Source: Glaucostegus cemiculus (Eukaryota). Taken from it: a stretch of DNA of 64,000 nucleotides. Both the position numbers and the translations under genes were made by a program. Below, piece by piece: positions 12,121 to 23,249 of this stretch; the first letter of the stretch is position 1, and every line of letters starts with the position of its first letter. The notes beneath the pieces are model-generated. The model did no database searches. It had not been told where the DNA came from and saw only the letters and a list, made by a program, of their open reading frames with translations. The stretch spans positions 4,278,001-4,342,000 of the forward strand of contig CDPCPM010000147.1 in assembly GCA_976551045.1 (NCBI GenBank), written 5' to 3'.

Positions 12121-15100
12121 GTCACTCCTTTCTTCAGAAGATTAGTTAAGGGAAGAGCAATATCAGCAAAATTTTTACAAAATTTCCGATAATATCCAAC
12201 CATTCCCAGAAATCTTCTAACAGTTCTGATGCCTGTAGGAACAGGGAATTCAGATATCACTTGAACTTTTGCCTGAACAGGTGCTAACTTGCCTTGACCT
12301 ACAACATAACCAAGATATGTCACAGTGACATGGCCAAATTCACTTTTAGCCAAATTAACTGTAAGGTTAGCTTTGGAAAGTCTTTCAAACAACCTTTCTA
12401 GTGCAGTGATGTGATCCTCCCATGTATCATTCCCTGTCACTAGATCATCAATATAGGCATCTGTATGTTTTAACCCATGAATCACTGAATTGATCATTCT
12501 TTGAAATGTTGCTGGGGCATTTTTCATTCCAAATGGCAAAACATTGTATTCATACAATCCAGAAGGGGTTGCAAAGGCAGAAATCTCCCTTCCTCTCTCT
12601 GTTAATGGAACACACCAGTACCCTTTTAGTAAATCAATCTTTGTAAGAAATTTGGCCGTCCCCACTCTATCTATGCAATCATCTGCCCTTGGAAACGGGT
12701 ACGCATCTGACTTTGTCACAGCATTCACTTTTCTGTAATCTGTACAAAATCTAATGGTCCCATCAGGTTTAGGCACAATAACACAGGGCGAACTCCAGTT
12801 TGAACTGGAACGTCTGATGATGTCATTTTCTAACATATACTCAATTTCCTGATCAACAAGTTTACTCTTATCCACATTCATTCGATATGGGGGTTGTTTG
12901 ATTGGTTTTGCATCCTCAACGTCAACATCATGGGTAATTATTGACGTTTTGTTTGGCACATTGGGAAAAAGATTTTTAAATGTTAAAAGTAACTGTTTCA
13001 TCTGCTGTTTCTGTGCATCTTGTAAATGGTCCAACTTTGTCTCAAGGTTTTCCAAGATATTTTGGTTTTCTAGCCTTGCTGAAACAATATTTGGTCTACA
13101 TTGGCCTTCCTCATTGTCAACAACAGATGTCCTAGGGACATTCCTCATGCACTGATTCCCAACTTCAGACTTTGGCAATGGTCCAACACAATCCAAAATC
13201 ACCTTTGAAAAGCGTTCACCAAAATCAGGAATGGGTTTCAGAGGAGCCACAGGGGGTTTTTGATTTGGTTTACCTACCATCTGACATGTATGACAGGTTC
13301 GACAAAACATCACCACATCCTTTCTCAAACCAGGCCAATAGAATTGTTTCAAGATCTTCCCCACAGTTTTATTCACCCCTAAATGACCACCGAAAGGCAT
13401 GCTATGGGCCAGGTTTAAAATCTCATCCCGATAAACTTTAGGAACTACTACCTGATGAATAACTTCCCACTCCTCATTCACAGTGACATGAGGCGGTCTC
13501 CTTTTCCTCATTAACAATCCATCTTTGACATAATATCCAACTGGCACTTTTTCAATTTCCTCACATGAGAGTGCTTTTTCCCTCAGTTCAGTCAGTTCAG
13601 GGTCTTTATTCTGTTCCACCATAAATTCTTTCCTTGACAAAGACAAATCTTTGTATTCAGGCCCACTACCAAAACTTTGATCCTCCAATGAAGACAAAAA
13701 AGTGTCAGACAAATCATCATAACTTTCCTCTTGTTTAGGACTATCACAAGGAACAATTTCAGACTGTGTAGAATTTTCGGCCTTAGCTAATTCTTTAGCT
13801 TTAGCTCGGGTTACTGCACAAGATGGATAAATGTCTGCGTCATCCTCAGATTCAGTAAAGCTTGGTTTAGTTGTTAACTGTACCACAGAAACAAATTCTT
13901 CACCTGCAAGGTCATTTCCCAATAACAAAGAAACACCCTCCACTGGTAAACTTGGTCGTATCCCTATCTCAACAGGTCCTTCCACAAACTTTGATTTTAG
14001 AAACACCTTGTGCAAAGGCACGAACATGGTATCACCTGTAACACCTCGCACTAGATTTACCTCACCAGTTTCAGTTTCCTTACCAAAATTTAAAACACTG
14101 TCCAGCAAGAGAGATTGGGAAGCTCCAGTATCTCTAAGGATTTTCACTGGTACCTGGGGTGACACATCCTTCAGTGAAACAAAACCTTCTGATACATATG
14201 AACAGAATTCCTCCCTCACTTCATCCAGCTTTTCAGTCTTCATCTCTAGCAAGGACTGATCTTTCACAACCTCCCCAAAACCTCTTCTATTTCTGGGTTT
14301 AATGACTTGACAACAGGCAGTTGGCACAGCTCCCTTTTCTTGCTTTTTCTTCAAAACAGAACAGTCAAATTTCATATGGCCAGGCTTCTTACAGTAATAA
14401 CATAGACGCTCAGCAGGTTTCTCCAGCACTGGCTCCTTGTCATCCTTCCCTTTCGGATTATCTCCCAATTTAATCTCTGGTTTACCTGGATTGTCTCTGT
14501 AACTCCTTTGAAAGGTTTTAGTTTGTCCCCATCTGTATTTATGGGTTAGAGCATAATCATCTGCCAACCTAGCAGTTTCTTGTAAAGTGTCCACATTCTT
14601 TTCATTTAGGTATGCAGCTATTTCAGCTGGTACACATCTTTTAAAGTCTTCTATTAAAACTAATTCTGTCAATTTGTTATAATCATCAACTACATCTTTC
14701 GCCATACACCATCGTTCAAAACATATTCTCTTTCCATTGGCAAACTCCATGTATGTTTGATCTGAAGTTTTCTTCAAGTCTCTAAACTTTTGTCTGTACG
14801 CTTCCGGTACCAACTCATACACTTTCAAGATTGCTTGTTTTACTTTTTCATAATCAGCTGCTTCTTCCACAGACAAAGCAGAATAAGCTTTTTGAGCTTT
14901 GCCTTTAATCGCACTCTGTAACATAAGAGCCCATCTCCTCTTTGGCCAATTTAAACTCGTAGCAACCTTTTCAAAATGTTGGAAATACTGTTCAACCATT
15001 TCTTCATCAAAAGGAGGGACTAATCTAACCTCCCTACTGGCTGAAAACTCATCATCAGAATCAGAATCTGTACTCTTTCTCTTCAGTCTTAAATCATATT

Positions 15101-15548
15101 TCCTTTGTTTCTCCCTTTCCTTACTTTCCAGCTCCATCCTCCTCAATTCCATCCTCTTTTCCTCTACCTCTAGTTTCCTTTGCTCTGCCTCAGCCTCAAA
15201 TTTCAATCGGTCCCTTTCTAACTCAGCATCTATCTTTCTTTGTTCTCTTTCAGATTCTAGCTCTAATTTCTTTTGTTCTATTCTTGCTTGTTCCTTTTCA
15301 GCCTCTATCTTTGCTAACTGAATTTGGGCATCAGAAATCGCTTGTTCACTGCCAGGAAATTGTTTTACTACTCCCTCTTCAAACACTTGCATCTTTACAT
15401 AATGACCAGCTATTATTTTCTTGATATCTGCTTTTCTCATAGATTGTGTTACTGTCGTAAGTTTTAGCTCTGTAGCAAGAATTAATAATTCAGACTTCTT
15501 CATTCTCTGCAATCCACTTGGTGTGGGTTTTTTCATAAACGCTTCCAT
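12096..15548 (-). CDS. Gag-Pol polyprotein: coiled coil, SCAN-like capsid, CCHC knuckle, protease, truncated integrase, RT
   Basis: LVPEAYRQKFR...FERWC...LIEDF...LADDY (SCAN-like); CYYCKKPGHMKFDC; ILRDTGASQS; H..GGHLG...CRTCHTC; IN core stops after VILDCVGPLPKSEVGNQ; RT with YIDD. The frame is lost after LLKKGV. First ATG at 15548. Confidence 0.93.
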   Translation of the reverse strand: MEAFMKKPTPSGLQRMKKSELLILATELKLTTVTQSMRKADIKKIIAGHYVKMQVFEEGVVKQFPGSEQAISDAQIQLAKIEAEKEQARIEQKKLELESEREQRKIDAELERDRLKFEAEAEQRKLEVEEKRMELRRMELESKEREKQRKYDLRLKRKSTDSDSDDEFSASREVRLVPPFDEEMVEQYFQHFEKVATSLNWPKRRWALMLQSAIKGKAQKAYSALSVEEAADYEKVKQAILKVYELVPEAYRQKFRDLKKTSDQTYMEFANGKRICFERWCMAKDVVDDYNKLTELVLIEDFKRCVPAEIAAYLNEKNVDTLQETARLADDYALTHKYRWGQTKTFQRSYRDNPGKPEIKLGDNPKGKDDKEPVLEKPAERLCYYCKKPGHMKFDCSVLKKKQEKGAVPTACCQVIKPRNRRGFGEVVKDQSLLEMKTEKLDEVREEFCSYVSEGFVSLKDVSPQVPVKILRDTGASQSLLLDSVLNFGKETETGEVNLVRGVTGDTMFVPLHKVFLKSKFVEGPVEIGIRPSLPVEGVSLLLGNDLAGEEFVSVVQLTTKPSFTESEDDADIYPSCAVTRAKAKELAKAENSTQSEIVPCDSPKQEESYDDLSDTFLSSLEDQSFGSGPEYKDLSLSRKEFMVEQNKDPELTELREKALSCEEIEKVPVGYYVKDGLLMRKRRPPHVTVNEEWEVIHQVVVPKVYRDEILNLAHSMPFGGHLGVNKTVGKILKQFYWPGLRKDVVMFCRTCHTCQMVGKPNQKPPVAPLKPIPDFGERFSKVILDCVGPLPKSEVGNQCMRNVPRTSVVDNEEGQCRPNIVSARLENQNILENLETKLDHLQDAQKQQMKQLLLTFKNLFPNVPNKTSIITHDVDVEDAKPIKQPPYRMNVDKSKLVDQEIEYMLENDIIRRSSSNWSSPCVIVPKPDGTIRFCTDYRKVNAVTKSDAYPFPRADDCIDRVGTAKFLTKIDLLKGYWCVPLTERGREISAFATPSGLYEYNVLPFGMKNAPATFQRMINSVIHGLKHTDAYIDDLVTGNDTWEDHITALERLFERLSKANLTVNLAKSEFGHVTVTYLGYVVGQGKLAPVQAKVQVISEFPVPTGIRTVRRFLGMVGYYRKFCKNFADIALPLTNLLKKGVTLMILTTL

Positions 15549-15707
15549 TGCTACTGGTTTCCACACACACGCCAATTAAGAAAATTTATTGGACCAACCC
15601 CAATGTCCAAACTCAGACCTCCAGCACCAGTCTTAAGTTTGACTGCAAGCCAAATCTAATCAATCTTTGGACTGGATCCCAGAACGACACTCATTAATCT
15701 TGGGAAG

Positions 15708-15725
15708 ATCCCGGACGAGCCCCCA
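15708..15725 (-). promoter_or_regulatory. Primer binding site complementary to tRNA-Pro
   Basis: The - strand reads TGGGGGCTCGTCCGGGAT, the classical 18-nt tRNA-Pro PBS, 4 nt after the 5' LTR. Confidence 0.93.
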
Positions 15726-15729
15726 ATTT

Positions 15730-16563
15730 TGTTACGAAACCAGCAACAAAAGAAGCACACTAAGTCATACTTCAGTGTTAAAACTACTTTATTAATAACT
15801 ACATCTGATAATACGTAAAATAAGAATAAAAAGTTAGTATATTAGTACAAAACTAAATATTAGAATCTTAAACTATAACCCCAAAACTACTCGTCGTGTG
15901 TGTGCGTCAAATTCCTAAACTCCCAAGTCCAGGAATTAGTTCTTCAAGTTCAGTTCAGTAAGCCGTACGGTGAAACACGAAAAAAAAGGCTTCTTCACAA
16001 GCACCGTCCACCGAAGACAAAACATAGATATAGAGGGAGATTAGAGAGGAATCACGAAATCCAAATGTTCCACTCGAAACTCAAACGACACTTCAGGGCT
16101 TACTCAGTAGTGACTTTCTCACCCTGAAAACTCCTTAATCGTGACTGTCCATGCAAATACCTGTGTTATTCTACAGGTTAGCAGCAAAGTGAATTCCGTC
16201 ACTTTGTTCCACAGTATCTGCCACTCTGAAGAGCATCCAAAATGTGGTTGTTCACGCAAACACCTGTGTCCTTCTACAGGTTACCGACAAAGTGAACTCC
16301 ACTGGACTACTCCAGAAATCCATCCACGGATTTTAGTGACAAACACAGTTACTGTCCTTCATCCAATGACAGAAACAAAACAAACTGCCTTCTCTCCTTC
16401 TTCTCTCTTTCCGTCTGTCTGTCTGTCTCTCTCTCTCTTATCTTTTTCTTTCTTGCAGTGACCTCATCACGTTAGTCCCATCTTCTGCTGATGCAACACG
16501 TTGCACACACACACAATGTCCCATCTTAAAGGGATATTTGCCTAAGTAAGCTACTTCGTAACA
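15730..16563 (-). repeat. 5' LTR
   Basis: TG...CA termini with a 9-bp inverted repeat; followed on the - strand by the PBS. Confidence 0.97.
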
Positions 16564-17220
16564 CCAGTCAAATCTTGTGTATAAACTGATGCTTGCAAGT
16601 TAATGACTTCAGGCTTATGATGTGACTGCCTCACTTTAGGTTCACTGATATAAGTAGCATGCAGTGAAAAGCAGAGAGAGATATATCCGCAGGTTTTGTC
16701 CACACTGCAACTTATCATGCAACCAAGAATCTGCTGGGATAACTCAGCAGGTTATTGCTTGCTCCAGATTCCAGCACCTGCTGTCTCTTGTCTCCTTTTT
16801 GGACACAAATAGCATTCAGTATTTTGAAAAGGTGCACAACCATTAAGTGCTGGTGTTCACACAGATGTGGGTGTCTTTGAACATGAACAATAAAATACTT
16901 ATGCAGGTGCAGTATGTAAGAAAGAATTGAAATAGCTTGTTGAACTCTACTATATGGAGCTGGAGTACAGAAGTAAGTACATTTGTCACAATGTGTACAG
17001 TGTTTCAGATACAGCTGCATCTGAAATACTGTATATACCAGTGGTTGTGCTATTCCAGGAAGGATGGATTTGGAAGCAAAATGGCAAAGAATTACCAATA
17101 AATTAAAATCAAAGAATGCAAACGTTGAACATCTGAAATAAAATAGGGACTGTTGGAGACACTCAGCAGGTCGGGCAGCATGTGGGGAGAGAGACAGGGT
17201 TAATGATTCAGGTTGAAGAC

Positions 17221-19088
17221 ATTTAGAGTCAAAGGGCAAAACAGCACAGAAACAGGCCTTTGAGCCAAACGAGTCCATGCCCACTGTGCCCACCCAGCTC
17301 GTCCCAATTTACTGCGTTCTGCCCATTATTCCTCTAAACTCTTCCCCTCCATGTACCTATTCCAATTGCTTCTTAAATTATACTATTGTAACTGCCTCAA
17401 CTACTTCACTGGCAGCTCATTCCATTTACTCACTGCCCTCTGTGTGGAAAAGGTTTCCCCTAAATTCCCTTTTAAATCTTTCCCCTCCCATCCTGAATCT
17501 ATGTCCCCAAATTTTGCTCTTCCCTATCCTGGTGAAAAGACTGTTACCGTACACCTCATCTCTGCATCTCATAATTTTAAACATTTCTATAACGTTGTCC
17601 CTAATTCTCCTATGTTCCAAGGAATGAAGACCTAGCTTAGCCAAACTTTCCATGTAACTCAGCATGGTTAAACTGGAAAGAGTGCTGGCAACCTTCGGAA
17701 ATCTTGGCAGCACTCTTTCCAGTTTAACCATGTTTTTAATATAACAGGGTGACAAAAACTGTACACAGTACACTCTGTGGCCTCGCCAACAACTTGTACA
17801 AATGCATCATAATGCAGCAACTCTTGTCCTAAATGCCATGACTGATGAAGGCCAGCATGCAGAATATCTTTTTCACCACTCTGTCTACCCATGATGCCTC
17901 TTTCAATGAGCTGTGCACTTGTACCCCTAGGTCCCTCTGTTCCATAATACTCCCTAGTCCCCAGCCATACATGGTATAAGTCCAACTCTAGTTTGACTTT
18001 CCAAAATGCATCACTGACATTTATCTGTAAATCCATTTACCATGTCTCGGCCCACTTCCCTCACTGATCAAGATCGCCATGTAGTCTATGATAACATTCA
18101 CTATCAACTACACCTCCTAATTTTGTGTTATCCACAAACTTGCTGAACACATCTTTTGCATTCACATCCAATTCATTTACATGAATGAGGAATAACAAGA
18201 GTCTCAACACTGACCCCTGCAGCACACCACTAGTCACCAGCCTTCATTTCTGAGAAGCAACCTTCAACCACCACCCTCTGCTGGCTACCTCCGAGCTAAT
18301 TTTGAATCCACCTAACTAGTTCTCACTGTATTCCATGGGACCTAACTTTCAGACTGGCCTACCATGCAGGACCTTGTCAAAAGGCTTGCTAAAGTTCCAG
18401 TAGACAACATTCACTGCCCTACTCTCATCTATTTTGGTAACTCATACTAGAAAACTGAAAGGTTAATCAAGCACGACTTTCCATGCATAAAGCCATGCTG
18501 ACTCCCCCTAATCAAACTTGGTTTATTCCAAATACTACTAGATCCTGGCCCTCAGAATTCCCACCAGGAAATTCCCCACTACTGGTGTCAGACTGACTGA
18601 CTTGTCCTTGCTTCCTTTCTTAACGGAACAACATTCGCCATCTTCCAGTGTTCGGGAATTTCATCAGTGGCTAACAATGCAGCAGATGTCTTTGCAAGGC
18701 CCTCTGGAATTTCTTCCCTAGCCTCCCAAAAAGTCCGAGTATGCACTTGCTCAGTCTCTGGGGATTTATCTACCTTAATTTGCTGTAAGGCTGCAAATAC
18801 CTCCTCCCTGAACAAAAAGAATTTCCTCCAAAAACCTCGACATGTTTCTTTATCTCTTGAGCAACCATGATTTTCCCCTCAGTAAACACCAAGAAGAAAC
18901 ATTTGTTAAAAATCCCACCCATCTCCTGTGGCTCGAGACCTAGATGGCCTTGCTGATCTCTATGGGGATCTCTGGCTCCCTAGCCAACCTTGTACTCTTT
19001 ATGTAACTATAGAACCTGTTGGTATTTTCCTTAAACTTACCTGTCAGATCTATGTCATACCCTCCCTTTGACCACCTGATTTCCCTCT
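17221..19088 (-). mobile_element. Degenerate 5'-truncated CR1 LINE (ORF2 RT region and 3' UTR)
   Basis: Fragments YCVQF...LERV...GLHSLEHRR; IKVDKSP...EAREEI...PEHWKMANVVPL; KENTNRFYSYIKS. Many frameshifts. Confidence 0.88.
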
Positions 19089-19270
19089 TAATGATAAAGT
19101 TTGTCAGACATTTTATCACATTGATTCTCAAAGTGAGTTGGCTGGTGTAGGATGAAGGATTGATTGGAATCGGCCTTTATTTGCTGGAATTTCGTAGAAT
19201 GAGAGATGATATTTAAACTCCAAATGTGGAGACTTGAGTGGTTGATTAACTTGGTAGAACTAAGTAGAAT

Positions 19271-19759
19271 TCGATAGTCAGGGAAACAGATAGGAGATTC
19301 TGTGGAAGTGATCATGAATACCGGATGGTATGTTGCCTCCCTGGTGCCAGGGTCCAGGATATTACTGATTGGGTTCCCAGGATTCTCAAGCGGGAGGGAG
19401 AGCAGCCAGTAGTCGTGTTTCATGTTGGTACCAATGATATAGGTAGAAAGAGGGATGAGGTCCTGCAAAGGGAGTTCAGGGAGCTAGGCAGAAAGCTGAA
19501 GACCAGGACCTCAAGGGTAGTAATATCTGGATTACTCCCGGTGCCACGTGATAGGAAAGTTAGGAACAGGGAGAGGAGGCAGTTAAATACGTGGCTGAGA
19601 GAGTGGTGCAGGGTAGAGGGATTTAGATTTTTGGATAATTGGGATCTCTTCTGGGGAAGGAGGAACCTGTACAGAGAGGACGGGTTACACCCCAACCGGT
19701 GGGGGGCAAATATCCTGGCAGCACGGTATGCATGGTTGGTTGATGAGTGTTCAAACTAG
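19271..19759 (+). CDS. CR1 ORF1p C-terminal SGNH/GDSL esterase-like domain (N-terminally truncated)
   Basis: SIVRETDRRFCG...CLPGARVQD...HVGTND...DGLHPN motifs. Confidence 0.88.
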   Translation, partial: SIVRETDRRFCGSDHEYRMVCCLPGARVQDITDWVPRILKREGEQPVVVFHVGTNDIGRKRDEVLQREFRELGRKLKTRTSRVVISGLLPVPRDRKVRNRERRQLNTWLREWCRVEGFRFLDNWDLFWGRRNLYREDGLHPNRWGANILAARYAWLVDECSN

Positions 19760-22700
19760 TTGGGATGGGGGTTGGGAACCAGGAGGGCTGGTCAGAGGAT
19801 GTAGGGATTACAGAAAAGGCAGATCTGACAGATAGAGTTGCTTTGAGGAAGGAGAAGCAGTGTACAGGCAGTAATAGTAAAAAGGTGGATAAACTAAACA
19901 GGCAAGGCAAGGGAAACCAACTTGGCTTAAAGGAGGAGGTATGCAGGATCAAGTCGACGTGTAGTGAAGATGGAGAGGAGTTGCATCGAGTAGGTGGTGA
20001 GGCTTTGGGGAGGGAGAGGCAGGATAAAGGCTATAAAAGGGTTAAAGTGGATGGACTAAAGTGTGTTTACTTTAATGCGAGAAGTGTTAGGAATAAGGGT
20101 GATGAATTGAGGGCTTGGATAAGTATGGGGGATTATGATATTGTAGCCATAACTGAGACGTGGCTGTCGTCAGGGCAGGAGTGGGTATTGAACATTCCTG
20201 GTTTTCAGTGTTTTAAAAAGGATAGGGAAGTGGGGAGAAGAGGAGGAGGGGTGGCGATATTGGTCAGGGATGATGTTACGGCTGCGGAAAGGGCGGAGTT
20301 TGCAGAAGGATCCTCTTTCAAGTCGGTGTGGGTGGAAGTGAGGAATAGGAAAAGTGTGGTTACGCTGCTGGGAGTATACTATAGGCCCCCAGGTAGCAGT
20401 AGGGATATAGAGGAGCAGATTGGCAGGCAGTGCTTGGACAGAAGCAAAGATAATAGGGTTGTAATAATGGGTGATTTCAGCTTCCCGAATATAGACTGGG
20501 ACATGCTCAGTGCCAGAGGTTTGGATGAGAATGAGTTTGTTAAGTGTGTCCAGGATGGATTTCTGGAGCAGTATGTTGACAAACCGACTAGAGGGAATGC
20601 TGTGTTGGATCTGGTTTTAGGAAATGAACCGGGACAGGTGAGAGATCTACTAGTGGGTGAGCCTCTGGGAGACAGTGATCATTCCTCGATAAGCTTTAGA
20701 ATTGTCATGGACAGGCATAGGTGCAGGGAGCGTAGGAAGATATTCAATTGGGGTAGGGCAGACTATGAGGCTGTAAGGAAAGAGCTTGGGAGTGTAAATT
20801 GGGAAGTCCTTTTTGAGGGGATGTGTACTGTAGTGATGTGGACGTTGTTTAGGGATGTTTTACAGGATGTTGGGGACAAATATGTTCCGGCAAGACGGAG
20901 GAAGAATGGAATAGTGAAGGATCCGTGGGTGACAAGACAGGTGGAAAGACTGGTTAGGAGGAAGAAGGAGGCTTATGTAAGGTGTAAGCGGCAAGGCTCT
21001 GATGTGGCCCGTGAGGAGTATAGTATAGTGAGAAGGGAACTTAAGAAAGAGCTGAGGAGAGCTAGAAGGGGACATGAAAAGATGTTGGTTCATAAGGTTA
21101 AGGAAAATCCCAAGGCATTTTTCTCTTATGTGAAGGGCAGAAGGATGACGAGGGTAAAGGTAGGTCCTATTAAGGACAAAGGTGGGAGGATGTGCCTGGA
21201 GGCGGCAGAGGTTGGGGAGGTACTAAATGAATACTTCTCCTCTGCATTCACCAAGGAGAGGGGCCTTGATGATGTGACGGTGAGTGCTGACAAGGGTAAT
21301 GTTCTTGAGTATGTAGCTATAGAGAGGGAGGAGGTGATGAATTTGTTAAGTAATATCAAGACTGATAAGTCTCCGGGGCCTGATGGAATATTCCCCAGGC
21401 TGCTTCGGGAGGCGAGGGAGGAGATTGTTGATCCGCTGGTGAGGATCTTTGAGTCCTCTTTGTCCACGGGGATGGTGCCAGAGGATTGGCGGGTAGCGGA
21501 TGTTGTTCCCTTGTTTAAGAAGGGCAGTAGAGATAGTCCGGGAAATTACAGACCGGTGAGTCTCACGTCTGCGGTAGGTAAGCTGTTGGAAAGGATTTTG
21601 AGGGACAGGATCTATGAGCACTTGGAGAGTCATGGACTGATTAGGGACAGTCAGCATGTCTTTGTGAAGGGAAGATCTTGCCTCACGAGCCTGATAGAAT
21701 TCTTTGAGGAGGTGACGAGGAAGCTTGATGAGGGCAGGGCGGTGGATGTAGTGTATATGGATTTTAGTAAGGCATTCGATAAGGTTCCTCATGGCAGGCT
21801 TCTTCAGAAGATCAGAGGTCGAGGTATCCAGGGGAGGTTGGCTGTGTGGATAAGAAATTGGCTTTCCTGTAGAAGGCAGAGGGTTATGGTGGAGGGAGTG
21901 CCCTCGGATTGGAGGGCTGTGACTAGTGGAGTCCCGCAGGGATCAGTTCTGGGGCCTCTACTCTTTGTTATATTCATAGATGATTTAGATGAAGGAGTGG
22001 AGGGATGGGTTGGTAAGTTTGCAGATGACACCAAGATCAGTGGTGTGGTAGATAGTGTGGAGGACTGTAGGAGCTTACAGGGGGATATTGATAGGATGCA
22101 GAACTGGGCTGACAGGTGGCGGATGAAGTTTAATCCGGAGAAGTGTGTGGTGGTGCACTTTGGGAGGACAAACTCCAGGACAGAGTATAAAGTAAATGGC
22201 AAGGTTCTTGGCAGTGAAGAGGAGCAGAGGGATCTGGGGCTTCATATCCACAGTTCACTCAAAGTTGCCTCGCAGGTGGATAGGGCTGTTAAGAAGGCTT
22301 ATGGGATGTTGGCTTTTATAAATAAAGGGATTGAGTTCAAGAGCAGAGAGGTGATGATGCTGCTTTACAAAACTCTAGTTAGGCTGCACTTGGAATATTG
22401 TGTTTAGTTTTGGTCGCCGCATTATAGGAAGGATGTGGAGGCGTTGGAGAGGGTGCAGAGGAGATTTACCAGGATGATGCCTGGATTGGAGGGTATGGAA
22501 TATAAAGAGAGGCTTAAGGTGCTAGGGCTCTACTCATTAGAGGGGAGGAGGATGAGAGGGGACTTGATAGAGGTGCTTATGATATTGAGAGGAATAGATA
22601 GAGTTAATAGTCAGCGCCTCTTTCCCAGAGCGCAGATGCTCAAGACGAGAGGGCATGCCTTTAAGATAATTGGTGGAATGTATAGGGGAGATGTCAGAGG

Positions 22701-22848
22701 GAAATTCTTCACCCAGAGAGTGGTTGGTGCATGGAATGCACTGCCTGGGGTGGTAGTGGAGGCAGATACGTTGGACAGGTTTAAGAGATTGTTAGATAAG
22801 CACATGGAAGAATGTGAAATAGTAGGATATGAGGGTGGAAAGAGTTAG
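19747..22848 (+). pseudogene. CR1 ORF2 (APE endonuclease plus reverse transcriptase) with one in-frame stop
   Basis: NARSVRNK, ITETW, GDFS (usually GDFN), SDH; DFSKAFD, GVPQGSVLGP, FADD. TAG at 22405-22407 replaces the Q of YCVQFW, and the same frame continues to 22848. Confidence 0.93.
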
Positions 22849-23249
22849 TTGGGGAGATGTATGTAGGATGGCACAGCTTGATGGGCCGAAGTGCCTGTTC
22901 TGTGCTGTATTGTTCTATGTTCTAACTAGGGGCATTGTGTAAGGACAATGGGTTGTGCATTCAAGGCTGAGATCAGGAATTACTTTACTCTCAGAGTCTG
23001 GAGTTTTGGGAATGCTCTCCTCTGGAGGTCAGTTCTGATGAAGGACCTCGACCCAAAATGCCACCTGTTTAATTCCCTCCATAGATGTTGCCTGACCTGC
23101 TCTGTGCCTCCAGTATTTTGTGTGTGTTTCTCCAGATTCCAGCAACTGCAGAATCTCTTGCCTCCATACATGCTCAGTCTCAAGATTCCAAGGGATTCAC
23201 AGGATATGGGACTGGACAGATAAATGCTGAAGAATGGCCATGTTTTCAG

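Larger units (their letters stand above)
10848..16563 (-). mobile_element. Gmr1-like Ty3/Gypsy LTR retrotransposon with complete ends and internal deletions
   Basis: Two 834-bp LTRs (10848-11681, 15730-16563) with TGTTACGAA...TTCGTAACA termini. TSD CCAG at 10844-10847 and 16564-16567. PBS and PPT present. Domain order Gag-PR-IN-RT-RH. Confidence 0.97.
19269..22924 (+). mobile_element. Young CR1 LINE, 5'-truncated within the ORF1 esterase domain, inserted into an older CR1 3' fragment (~19160-19268 and 22925-23025)
   Basis: Contains the ORF1 SGNH esterase, ORF2 APE+RT, and the 3' tail ctgtgctgtattgttctatgttcta. Confidence 0.95.

Noticed and set aside
12544-15321. + strand ORFs overlapping gag-pol (and - strand ORFs over CR1 ORF2 at 20379-22805)
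   Set aside because: Antisense shadows of long real ORFs.
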